Shown here piece after piece: positions 45,044 through 53,160 of a stretch of 64,000 bases of DNA. The stretch is taken from NCBI GenBank assembly GCA_963823655.1, contig CAWGMK010000006.1, forward strand, positions 256,001 through 320,000, in the 5' to 3' direction. Both the position numbers and the translations under genes were made by a program. The DNA is from an uncultured Bacillota bacterium (GTDB taxonomy: Bacteria; Bacillota; DTU025; MWDF01). The notes below the pieces were generated by a model, which worked only from the letters and a program-made list of their open reading frames with translations, did not search any database and was not told the origin of the DNA. How positions within the stretch are numbered: the first letter of the stretch is position 1; every line of letters starts with the position of its first letter.

Positions 45044-46102
45044 ATGAACTGCATCTTAGGAAAAAGGCGTTCTTTATTGATTTTGGCGGCGGTCATTGCA
45101 TTAGCTTTGGGCAGTGCTTCTGCCTTCGCGTCCGAACCTGTGAACCTTAGTACCAAGGACCGCTGACCAGATACCTGTGATAAGCGGGGCCTATGAGGAT
45201 GAAGCCGAGGCTAAGAAACTGCTGGCTTCCTATATGCCCGAACACAATGTCATAGGGAAACTGAGAAACAAGACCATCAAGGTACTTATTCGTGGATATG
45301 GTAGTTGACGACGTTACCAGGTGGTATGAGAAGGCGCTAGGGTATCCTTCCGTTACTTTGGAGGAGCTTAGCGTAGGGGAAGGCATTGGCCTGGGGGGGA
45401 AAGCCCCATGTACTACTGGTACGAATACTACATGTTCCCTGATACGAATGCATATGATGAGCAAGGCAAACTAATATGGCCGGGAGAGTTCATTACCAAG
45501 TCACTGGCCGAGAGCCGCCGCACATGGATGAGGGGCGCAATACTCCAGACAGCCAATTACGGCTGGTTCTTCAAGGACATGGAGAACTCAGTGACCGACT
45601 GCATGCTGGTATTACGGATGCGGGATTCGACTTCCAGAATATGACATATTCGAAGAAGACGGCAATAATTCTATCCTGGGAGACATATGAGCCTTTCAAG
45701 GAAGAGGATTACGTCGAGCCGGATGAAGACCCGGAAATGGCTGCATACATGAAGGACGTGGAGGAATTCGCGCAGATGCTTCTGGATGATCCTCCTACTC
45801 CCAAAATGCTTGATCTGCCGATAAATGATGCTATGCTTTTCGACCCCTTCACAACTGCAATGTATATGATGGAGGGCGATCCGATGTTTGCCTTCTTCTG
45901 GGATATCGAGCCGGAAGAAGCGGTAAAACTCTACTCGGCGGAGCTTATGCTTAAACCTGAAGAATATGAAGGCGGGTGGGTCTTCGTATTCTCCGGAAGG
46001 CTTCCGTATCCGATGCACGCCTTATATATCTACCCTAACGATATTCCCGGAGTGCCTTTCAAGACCTTGATTTTCATACGCAAAGAAGCAGTGACCAGAT
46101 AA
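45044..46102 (+). pseudogene. Secreted acidic hypothetical protein, fragmented by multiple frameshifts
   Basis: Signal peptide ending AFA|SE; successive overlapping ORF fragments to 46102. Confidence 0.5.
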
Positions 46103-47519
46103 CAGACGAAAAGACTATACCTGCCATGGGAGGTTCACCTTCCCATGGCAGGTTTTTTTTATTCGGCAAAGGCAGGTCCTTTAGGGATTCGGCGACCTGC
46201 TCTTCTGAGTATTCCAGGTCGGGAAGCTGGCCTTTTATATATTTCTCATATGCTGTCAGGTCGAAATGCCCGTGGCCGGATAGGCAGAACACTATGGTCT
46301 TGCTGATTCCTTCCTTCTTGCAGATTTCGGCCTGCCGTATGGCCTCCGCTATGGCGTGCGAGGATTCTGGCGCAGGCACTATGCATTCGGTCCTGGAGAA
46401 AAGCTCAGCCGCCTTGAACGTCTCGCTCTGAGGGATATTAGTGGCCTCGATGAGCCCGTCGTGGTAAAGCTTCGCGATTATCGGAGATGTCCCATGGAAG
46501 CGCAGGCCTCCTGCGTGGATTGAAGATGGCACGAAATTGTGCCCCAGCGTATACATCTTCACAACGGGTGCCATTCCGGCCGTATCGCCGTAATCGTACG
46601 CGTACTTGCCTTTGCACAAGCTAGGGCAAGCGGCGGGTTCGACGGCTATAAGCCTAAGCTTTCCCGAGGATGCCATGCTGTCTTTCAAGAAGGGGAGCGC
46701 AATGCCGCCGAAATTGCTCCCGCCTCCGCAGCAGCCGATAATGATGTCCGGCGTGTCTCCCGCGATTTCTAGCTGCCTTCTCGTCTCAAGGCCTATTACG
46801 CTCTGGTGGAGCAGAACATGGTTTAGTACGCTTCCTAGTGCATAGTTTGCGTCCGGCATTCCAAGGGCCGCCTCAACCGCCTCGCTGATTGCCATGCCCA
46901 AGCTGCCAGGAGAATCAGGGAACTTCTTGAGAATCGCCCTTCCTGCCTCGGTTGTGTCGGACGGGCTGGGCGTAACTTCCGCGCCCCACAGGTTCATCAA
47001 TATCCTTCGATAGGGCTTCTGCTCATAGCTTGTCCTGACCATGTACACTTTGCACCCGAGGCCCATCATATTGCACGCAAGAGCCAGCGAACAGCCCCAT
47101 TGGCCGGCGCCTGTCTCAGTTGTCAGGGTCTTAATGCCGGCGAGCTTGTTGTAATATGCCTGAGGAATGGCTGTATTGGGCTTGTGGCTTCCCGTCGGGC
47201 TTACGCTCTCGTTTTTGAAGTAGATCTTGGCCGGCGTATCAAGGGCTTTTTCGAGCCTTCTGGCCCTGACGAGCGGGGTGGGCCTCCATATGGACAGAGC
47301 CTCTCTCACCTCTTCGGGAATCTCGATCCAGCGCTCAAGGCTAGCCTCCTGCCTGATTAGCTCCATGGGGAAAATCGAAAGAAGGTCCTCAGGCACAAGC
47401 GGTTTCAGGGTTCGCGGGTTCAGGGGAGGATCCAAGGGTTGTGGCATGTCTGCCTGTACGTTATACCAAGCTTTGGGTATGTCCTCTTTGTTAAGCAGTA
47501 TCCTGTCGTCTTTTTGCAT
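46074..47519 (-). CDS. trpB2: Tryptophan synthase beta, type 2 (TrpB2); true 3' end probably near 46160
   Basis: PTGSHKPNTA, TETGAGQWG, YALGSVLNHV, PAPESSHA; no trpA nearby. Confidence 0.93.
   Translation of the reverse strand: MQKDDRILLNKEDIPKAWYNVQADMPQPLDPPLNPRTLKPLVPEDLLSIFPMELIRQEASLERWIEIPEEVREALSIWRPTPLVRARRLEKALDTPAKIYFKNESVSPTGSHKPNTAIPQAYYNKLAGIKTLTTETGAGQWGCSLALACNMMGLGCKVYMVRTSYEQKPYRRILMNLWGAEVTPSPSDTTEAGRAILKKFPDSPGSLGMAISEAVEAALGMPDANYALGSVLNHVLLHQSVIGLETRRQLEIAGDTPDIIIGCCGGGSNFGGIALPFLKDSMASSGKLRLIAVEPAACPSLCKGKYAYDYGDTAGMAPVVKMYTLGHNFVPSSIHAGGLRFHGTSPIIAKLYHDGLIEATNIPQSETFKAAELFSRTECIVPAPESSHAIAEAIRQAEICKKEGISKTIVFCLSGHGHFDLTAYEKYIKGQLPDLEYSEEQVAESLKDLPLPNKKNLPWEGEPPMAGIVFSSVIWSLLLCV
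46119..46160. terminator. Intrinsic terminator between convergent genes
   Basis: ACCTGCCATGGGA/TCCCATGGCAGGT stem followed by a T-tract. Confidence 0.85.
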
Positions 47520-47542
47520 TCCATTCACCCCTTATCATTTCT

Positions 47543-48793
47543 TTAGTTGCTGTAACTGCTGATCAAAAGCCCTTCTATGGGTTTTGGATGGAAACACGTC
47601 GTTTTTTCAGGCATTAGCCTTCCGGACAAGGCCGCCTCGAACACCTGTCGCGCCGTCGGAGGCACAGTAAAGAATGCAATCTGGCTATAGCCGCTTTCAA
47701 CAGCCCTGATGCAAGCTTCCATGGAAGGTGTGAAGTTGACCCTTGCCCTGACTATGTTGCCTTGGCCTTCGTCTTTCAGGAAGGGAAGGCGCCCGAACTC
47801 AAGGTGCCTTGCGAGCAAGTCCTCATGCAGGACCTCAGAGGAACACTTTCCACGAGGCAGCCTGAAAACCAGGCTGATAAAGCCCGTTTCCGAGGAATAG
47901 GCCCCAAATACTGCGCTGCCGGGAGAAGCACTCTTCAGGCAGGCTCTGAGGGATTCTGCATTGCTGTGCCGCTTAATAATGAAATCCTCTTGGATCAGCC
48001 CCGGAAGTTTAAGCAACAAGGAAGGGGGGATGCCCTTCAAATGCCTGTGGAACGGCCTTACCTGAATCCCCACGGAATCCATAGGGAAAAGGCAGGAGAG
48101 AACCCCGGTGCCTGCTCTTTGCCCATTCTGGACGGCCTCTTTTGCAGCTTCAAACCTGTGGTGGCCGTCAGCTATCACGACTGTCTTCTCGGCCATGATG
48201 GTTTTCAGTTGCGCTATTGCGCCATCTTCTATCCTGCATAGCGAATGAGTATTTCCATCAGGATCAGAAAACTCGATCACAATTCTGCAGGACGAACAGG
48301 ATAGTAAACTGAGTACTTTCGAATCCCTGTCCTCGAAAAGGCCGAAGACGGCACTCAAGTCAGAGTTGGTGCTTGCTGAAAGGTTGGCCCACTGACGCAC
48401 GGCATCGGGGAAGGTCCGCTCGTGCGGCAGCACTTTTCCCTCCCCATAGGCCGAGGCTTCGACTAGGCAGTAGAAACCGATCCTGCTGCGCATCTGCCCT
48501 TCTTCATCTGCATACGAGAGCGTATATCGATACATTGCCCGAGCTTTATCCGGCTTCAGAATGCCATCCTTGAGCATTTCATCCAGCAGCCTTCGAGAGG
48601 ACAGGAAATCCGGCTTGCCTTCCTTGTCCTTCATCGGCCTTAAAACCCTAACGATGTTATTGCGCGAACCGGCCGCAAGTTTGGCACGCATTTCGCTGTT
48701 AACTTCGCTAAGGCAAGGGGATACAAGCTTGCTTATGTCTCCGGCCCTTTTGGCGTCGTAGAATATGCCGTTGAACATCGATATGTTGGCCAA
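47543..48793 (-). CDS. DUF1015-family protein (ParB/Srx-like core)
   Basis: VLPHERT, IADGHHR, MPEKTTCFHPKPIEGL; AGGAGG SD with TTG start. Confidence 0.85.
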   Translation of the reverse strand: MANISMFNGIFYDAKRAGDISKLVSPCLSEVNSEMRAKLAAGSRNNIVRVLRPMKDKEGKPDFLSSRRLLDEMLKDGILKPDKARAMYRYTLSYADEEGQMRSRIGFYCLVEASAYGEGKVLPHERTFPDAVRQWANLSASTNSDLSAVFGLFEDRDSKVLSLLSCSSCRIVIEFSDPDGNTHSLCRIEDGAIAQLKTIMAEKTVVIADGHHRFEAAKEAVQNGQRAGTGVLSCLFPMDSVGIQVRPFHRHLKGIPPSLLLKLPGLIQEDFIIKRHSNAESLRACLKSASPGSAVFGAYSSETGFISLVFRLPRGKCSSEVLHEDLLARHLEFGRLPFLKDEGQGNIVRARVNFTPSMEACIRAVESGYSQIAFFTVPPTARQVFEAALSGRLMPEKTTCFHPKPIEGLLISSYSN

Positions 48794-48812
48794 GAGGGTG
48801 CCTCCTTATATG

Positions 48813-48851
48813 CAAAATAAAAGAAGCCCGGAGTACAAGACCCGGGCTTCC
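48813..48851 (-). terminator. Attenuator terminator upstream of DUF1015-trpB2
   Basis: Minus strand reads GAAGCCCGG-GTCTTGTACT-CCGGGCTTC-TTTTATTTT. Confidence 0.8.
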
Positions 48852-48884
48852 TGATTTTCCGAGCGTTCTACGTCCTGTTCGTGC

Positions 48885-48995
48885 TTATTCGCCTTTAAAG
48901 CTGCGCCAGCCCCAAGCGAAAGCCGAATGGACACGACCTGCGTTTCCAGTAAAAGCCGATGAGTATGAAGTTGGCTTCAAAATGCAGGTCATCAT
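48885..48995 (-). CDS. 36-aa Trp leader peptide (TrpL-like)
   Basis: AAGGA SD; MMTCILKPTSYSSAFTGNAGRVHSAFAWGWRSFKGE, with the stop about 35 nt before the terminator. Confidence 0.65.
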   Translation of the reverse strand: MMTCILKPTSYSSAFTGNAGRVHSAFAWGWRSFKGE

Positions 48996-49109
48996 TTTCA
49001 TCCTTAATGCAGAATAAACTAATAATCATACGAGAGGTTTGCTTTGTCAAGCGGAATCAGGCAAAATGTATATATCAGAGCAGGTGATATTCAGCCTCAA
49101 TACTGCTTA

Positions 49110-49138
49110 TTGACACGGCAACCCCAAACATCTAAAAT
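49110..49138 (+). promoter_or_regulatory. SigA promoter of rplM-rpsI
   Basis: TTGACA, 17-nt spacer, TAAAAT. Confidence 0.8.
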
Positions 49139-49245
49139 CTTAATGTGAGTCACTTAGCCGGCTCGAGTATTTTTATGGTCGAAGCGCGGAGTTTTCCCGG
49201 ACACCTCGCTTGGACCCTGTAGGCAAAACTACTGGGAGGGACAAG

Positions 49246-49683
49246 ATGTACCGCTCTTACATGGCAAAGCCTGAAGAAATGGAGCGCAAGTGGTTTGTTG
49301 TAGACGCCGAAGGCAAGACCTTGGGTCGTCTGGCAAGCCAGGTTGCCTCGATACTTAGGGGTAAGCACAAGCCGATTTTCACACCGCACGTAGACTGCGG
49401 GGACCACGTAATAGTAATCAATGCCGAGAAGGTCGTCCTTACGGGCAACAAGCTAAAGGACAAGATCTATTACAGGCATACGATGTATCCCGGAGGCCTC
49501 AGGGCGATCCCGTACGGGAAGCTGCTGGAGACACAGCCTGAAAGGGCAGTCGAAAGGGCAATCAAGGGAATGATTCCTCACACAAGGCTCGGACACAGGA
49601 TCGGCATGAAGCTCAAGGTTTACAAAGGTCCTGAGCATCCGCATGCAGCCCAGAAGCCCGAACCGCTCGATATTAAGGCTTAG
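49246..49683 (+). CDS. rplM: 50S ribosomal protein L13
   Basis: LGRLASQVA and [14 protein letters not shown]. Confidence 0.99.
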   Translation: MYRSYMAKPEEMERKWFVVDAEGKTLGRLASQVASILRGKHKPIFTPHVDCGDHVIVINAEKVVLTGNKLKDKIYYRHTMYPGGLRAIPYGKLLETQPERAVERAIKGMIPHTRLGHRIGMKLKVYKGPEHPHAAQKPEPLDIKA

Positions 49684-49709
49684 GCCAGGCAAGGAAGGAG
49701 ATCGAACCT

Positions 49710-50102
49710 ATGGCATTGGAACAGTACAGGGGAACAGGCAGAAGGAAATGCTCTGTGGCCAGGGTCAGACTCGTGCCTGGCTCGGGCAAGGTAACCATCA
49801 ACGGCAGGGAGATGGCGGAATATCTTGGCCGTCAGGTACTCGAACTGGTCGTTATGGCACCGCTCAAGCTCACAAGCAGCGATGGCAAGTATGATGTCCT
49901 CGTCAACGTCCACGGAGGCGGCACAACCGGCCAGGCCGGCGCCGTTCGCCACGGAATAGCAAGGGCTCTTCTGCAGGTTGATGGCGAGCTCAGGCCCGCA
50001 CTCAAGAAGGCAGGGTTCCTGACAAGAGACGACAGGATGAAGGAGCGCAGGAAGTACGGCCTCAAGAAGGCAAGAAAGGCGCCCCAGTTCTCCAAGAGGT
50101 AA
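49710..50102 (+). CDS. rpsI: 30S ribosomal protein S9
   Basis: GTGRRK and [10 protein letters not shown]. Confidence 0.99.
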   Translation: MALEQYRGTGRRKCSVARVRLVPGSGKVTINGREMAEYLGRQVLELVVMAPLKLTSSDGKYDVLVNVHGGGTTGQAGAVRHGIARALLQVDGELRPALKKAGFLTRDDRMKERRKYGLKKARKAPQFSKR

Positions 50103-50120
50103 TCTTACCTCGCTTGTTAG

Positions 50121-50168
50121 AAAACAAAAAACGACCCCGGGCTGTTTTGCCCGGGGTCTTCTAATTTT
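50121..50168. terminator. Bidirectional terminator
   Basis: GACCCCGGGC/GCCCGGGGTC stem flanked by A- and T-rich runs. Confidence 0.8.
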
Positions 50169-50210
50169 CGGCCAATTGGCCGTTTGAGCAAGGCAAACCT
50201 TAAGGTACGG

Positions 50211-50942
50211 CTAGTCTTTCAGGCCTAGCGCCTTGGCTATGAGGCTGTTTGATGAGGCCCTTCCCTCGACACCTGGCAATAGCTTCAAGACGACATGCGC
50301 AGGCCTTGCCGAAAGCACATATACTACATCGGAAAGGTAGGACGCCTCGTCGATGTCGTGAGTTGTCATCAGCATAGTAAGGCCCAGTTCGGCCTTCACT
50401 TCCAGCAGCCATTGCTGCATCGATTTCCTCGTTAGCGCATCCAGCGCGCCGAAGGGCTCGTCTAAAAGCAGGAAGCGCCTCTTCTGCATAACGGTTCTAA
50501 GCAGTGCGACTCTCTGCTTCATGCCCCCGGAAAGATCACTGGGGTAGTAGTTCTCGAATCCCTGAAGGCCGAAGATAGGCATGAGGCGCAGCGCCTCCTC
50601 CTTTGCAGCATCCAGATCCCCTCCTGAAAGCTCAGCTGCCAGCACTGCATTGCCAAGCGCAGTCCGCCAGGGGAGAAGCAAGTCCTTCTGCGGCATGTAA
50701 GAGGGAGGCGAGGACAGCTCGAACCGGCCGGATCTCGGCTTGAGCCTTCCGGTAAATATTGAAAAGAGGGTGCTCTTCCCGCAGCCGGAGGGGCCCAGAA
50801 TGCTTACGAAGCTTCCTTCCGGGACCTCAAGGCTTATTGCGTCAAGTACCGGGACATGGCCCTGTTTTCGGCTCTTATAGGCGAAGCTGAGCGCGTCCGC
50901 TTTCAGCATTGGAGTAGATCCGGTACTTTCGGTCATTGTCAT
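50211..50942 (-). CDS. ABC transporter ATPase (ThiZ-like)
   Basis: GPSGCGKST, YMPQKDLLLPW, LLDEPFGALD. Confidence 0.9.
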   Translation of the reverse strand: MTMTESTGSTPMLKADALSFAYKSRKQGHVPVLDAISLEVPEGSFVSILGPSGCGKSTLFSIFTGRLKPRSGRFELSSPPSYMPQKDLLLPWRTALGNAVLAAELSGGDLDAAKEEALRLMPIFGLQGFENYYPSDLSGGMKQRVALLRTVMQKRRFLLLDEPFGALDALTRKSMQQWLLEVKAELGLTMLMTTHDIDEASYLSDVVYVLSARPAHVVLKLLPGVEGRASSNSLIAKALGLKD

Positions 50943-50951
50943 GGCAGCAGC

Positions 50952-51905
50952 TCATTGGTAGAAGAACTTGGAGCTGTCCTGCCCGGCTTTTACTAGGCCA
51001 TGCGATCCCATCCACTCGTAGAGCCCCTTCCAGACAGAGGCCTTCTGTAGGCCCCAGGATGAGGCATCCTCAATGTATCTTGGCGAAAGCCATTCCTGGC
51101 TCTTCGTGGCAAGCTCTTTGTCTATCTCGGGGGAGCGCTTTATGAGAATCCTGGCGGCCTCCGCGGGGTTGTTTGCAGCATATGTATAACCTTTGGATGT
51201 CGCTGCCATGAAGGCCTTTGCCAACCCGGATTCCTTTTCTATAAACCTGGCCGATGAGATTATTATCGGTGCGTAGTAATCAGGTATTGCCGGCACGTCC
51301 CTCAGCATGATTGCGGAGATGTCCATGCCCCTCAGCTTAGCCTCGATGCCCTGCCAGCCCATATATATCCAGACGATGTCGACATCCCTGCCCAGTATCG
51401 CAAGCAGGTCCGCAGTTCCGATCACTAGCTCCTTGAGCCTGCTCGGGTCTCCGCCGTCCGACTTGACTACATCACCTATCATTGCCTGCTCAAGAGGCAG
51501 CCCCCAGCTGGCGTAGGTCTTGCCCTGGAAATCCCGCGGCCTTGTTATGTTCGACTTCTTCAAACTGGCGTAAGCAGTCGTATTATGCTGAATGACAGCG
51601 GCTACGGAAACAATAGGGAGCCCTTCGGCCATTGCGGCCGTGGCCCATTCCTGTGAGCTTATGCCGAAATCAACCTTGCCTGCGGCAACAAGCTGCTCTA
51701 GGGCAAGCCCCTGGCTCTGCTCCATAATTTCGACTTCGATGCCGGCCTCCTTGTAGAAGCCCTTCTCCAGGGCCACGAACAATCCGGTGTGATTGGTGTT
51801 CGGGACCCAGTCGAGCAAAATGCTTACTTTAGGCGCCGCTACGGCCTGCGCCGTGATAAGCGCGAAAACCGCCAGCAGGGCTGCCGACAATATTGCCCTT
51901 TTCAT
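50952..51905 (-). CDS. NMT1/THI5-like substrate-binding protein (ThiY-like); last codons possibly frameshifted
   Basis: LDWVPNTNHTG; signal peptide; alternate frame gives a TNELLP end. Confidence 0.88.
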   Translation of the reverse strand: MKRAILSAALLAVFALITAQAVAAPKVSILLDWVPNTNHTGLFVALEKGFYKEAGIEVEIMEQSQGLALEQLVAAGKVDFGISSQEWATAAMAEGLPIVSVAAVIQHNTTAYASLKKSNITRPRDFQGKTYASWGLPLEQAMIGDVVKSDGGDPSRLKELVIGTADLLAILGRDVDIVWIYMGWQGIEAKLRGMDISAIMLRDVPAIPDYYAPIIISSARFIEKESGLAKAFMAATSKGYTYAANNPAEAARILIKRSPEIDKELATKSQEWLSPRYIEDASSWGLQKASVWKGLYEWMGSHGLVKAGQDSSKFFYQ

Positions 51906-52681
51906 TTCTCTACCTCCCAGATATCGCTTTCATGCTGGTAGTACCAAGGCGAAAGCCTTCTTGATACGTAATTGACAAGGCTGAACAGGCCCATGCTGAG
52001 GATCGTTATTATCACAAGCACAGCGAATACCCTGTCGGTCCTGAAGGAGTGGGATGATCTCGTAAGATATACTCCAAGGCCCTTTTGCGATCCCATCCAT
52101 TCGGAAACCACTGTGGCGATGATTGCATATGTGGCCGACACCCGAATGCCGGTGAAGATATGCGGCAGCGCCGCAGGCCAGCGGAGCTTCCAGAACAGCT
52201 TTGAAGGCTTCGCATCCATGCCTTTTGCCATTTCCACAAGCTCGGAATCCACTGAGGAAAGGCCGTCGACCACACCAACGCTGATGGGGAAGAAGCATGC
52301 CAGCACCACCAGGAGCACTTTGGGAAGGGTGCCGAAACCGAACCAAAGTATCAGAAGGGGCGCCACGACAATCGTCGGCAGGCTCTGGGATGCAACGAGC
52401 GCAGGATATAGCGTGCTTCTAAGAAAACCGGAGGAGAAGACCATATAGCCCAAAGCAAGGCCTGCTACAAGAGAGGCCGCCATGCCAAGTGCCGCCGCTC
52501 CCAGCGTTGCCAGAGTATGCTGCATAAGAAGCGGGGCCGTTTCGTAGAGCGCCGCGAAGACGGCCGATGGTGCGGGGAAAATCCACGGCTCTATCGCGAA
52601 GGCCCTCACAACAGCCTCGACTGCCAGTATTAAGAGCAAGGCCGCCAACATCGGCCTTACCTTAGAGCGAAGCTTATCCAC
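51902..52681 (-). CDS. ABC permease (ThiX-like)
   Basis: APLLILWFGFG, EW.GS.KGLG; GTG start overlapping the upstream stop. Confidence 0.88.
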   Translation of the reverse strand: MDKLRSKVRPMLAALLLILAVEAVVRAFAIEPWIFPAPSAVFAALYETAPLLMQHTLATLGAAALGMAASLVAGLALGYMVFSSGFLRSTLYPALVASQSLPTIVVAPLLILWFGFGTLPKVLLVVLACFFPISVGVVDGLSSVDSELVEMAKGMDAKPSKLFWKLRWPAALPHIFTGIRVSATYAIIATVVSEWMGSQKGLGVYLTRSSHSFRTDRVFAVLVIITILSMGLFSLVNYVSRRLSPWYYQHESDIWEVEK

Positions 52682-52970
52682 GGTGCTTGGACACCTTCTC
52701 ATCCATCGTGGAGGGTATGTCGGACTCAGCCAACTTGATATAGGTAATGACAGACCCTATGCCTGCATCCTTGACGGCCCTGTGGGCCTTGTAGGCCGTT
52801 GCCCAAAGGAGATCAAGTTCCCCCTCCATTGTCGTTTCGAAAGGCCCGACTTCATACTTCACGCCGGAGCTTTTTATCACTTCTATTGCCTTGTCTACTG
52901 CTTTGTAAACATCCTCTTTCGCCCCTGCGTTAAGGGGCAGGACTTGTATAGCCAGGCTACCATTACGCAT
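52674..52970 (-). CDS. Thiamine-binding protein (YkoF/MTH1187 family)
   Basis: SGVKYEVGPFETTMEG. Confidence 0.85.
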   Translation of the reverse strand: MRNGSLAIQVLPLNAGAKEDVYKAVDKAIEVIKSSGVKYEVGPFETTMEGELDLLWATAYKAHRAVKDAGIGSVITYIKLAESDIPSTMDEKVSKHRG

Positions 52971-52982
52971 ACAGACACCTCC

Positions 52983-53012
52983 AAAAAAACGCAGGCCCGG
53001 AGGCCTGCGCAA
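52983..53012 (-). terminator. Expression-platform terminator of the TPP riboswitch
   Basis: CGCAGGCC-TCCG-GGCCTGCG followed by T7 on the minus strand. Confidence 0.85.
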
Positions 53013-53024
53013 ATAACCATCTCT

Positions 53025-53110
53025 GCACTACCTACGCCGGGATTATCCGGATCAGGTCAAATCGGGTCGGCAGGTCATCCTGCCCTCTCAGCTGTCGCTC
53101 CCCGGGCCTA
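53025..53110 (-). ncRNA. TPP riboswitch aptamer
   Basis: Minus strand reads GGGGAGC..CTGAGAG..GACCCG..ACCTGATCCGGATAATCCCGGCGTAGG, upstream of thiamine-precursor transport genes. Confidence 0.95.
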
Positions 53111-53160
53111 TATTCGACTTCCTTAATTATAGCCCCTCATTGCCAGGTTTTCAATATTCG

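Noticed and set aside
45158-45170. In-frame TGAs at about 45163 (KDR*) and about 44822 (KLA*) as additional Sec codons
   Set aside because: No Cys/redox context or clear SECIS; coding continues in another frame, consistent with indels
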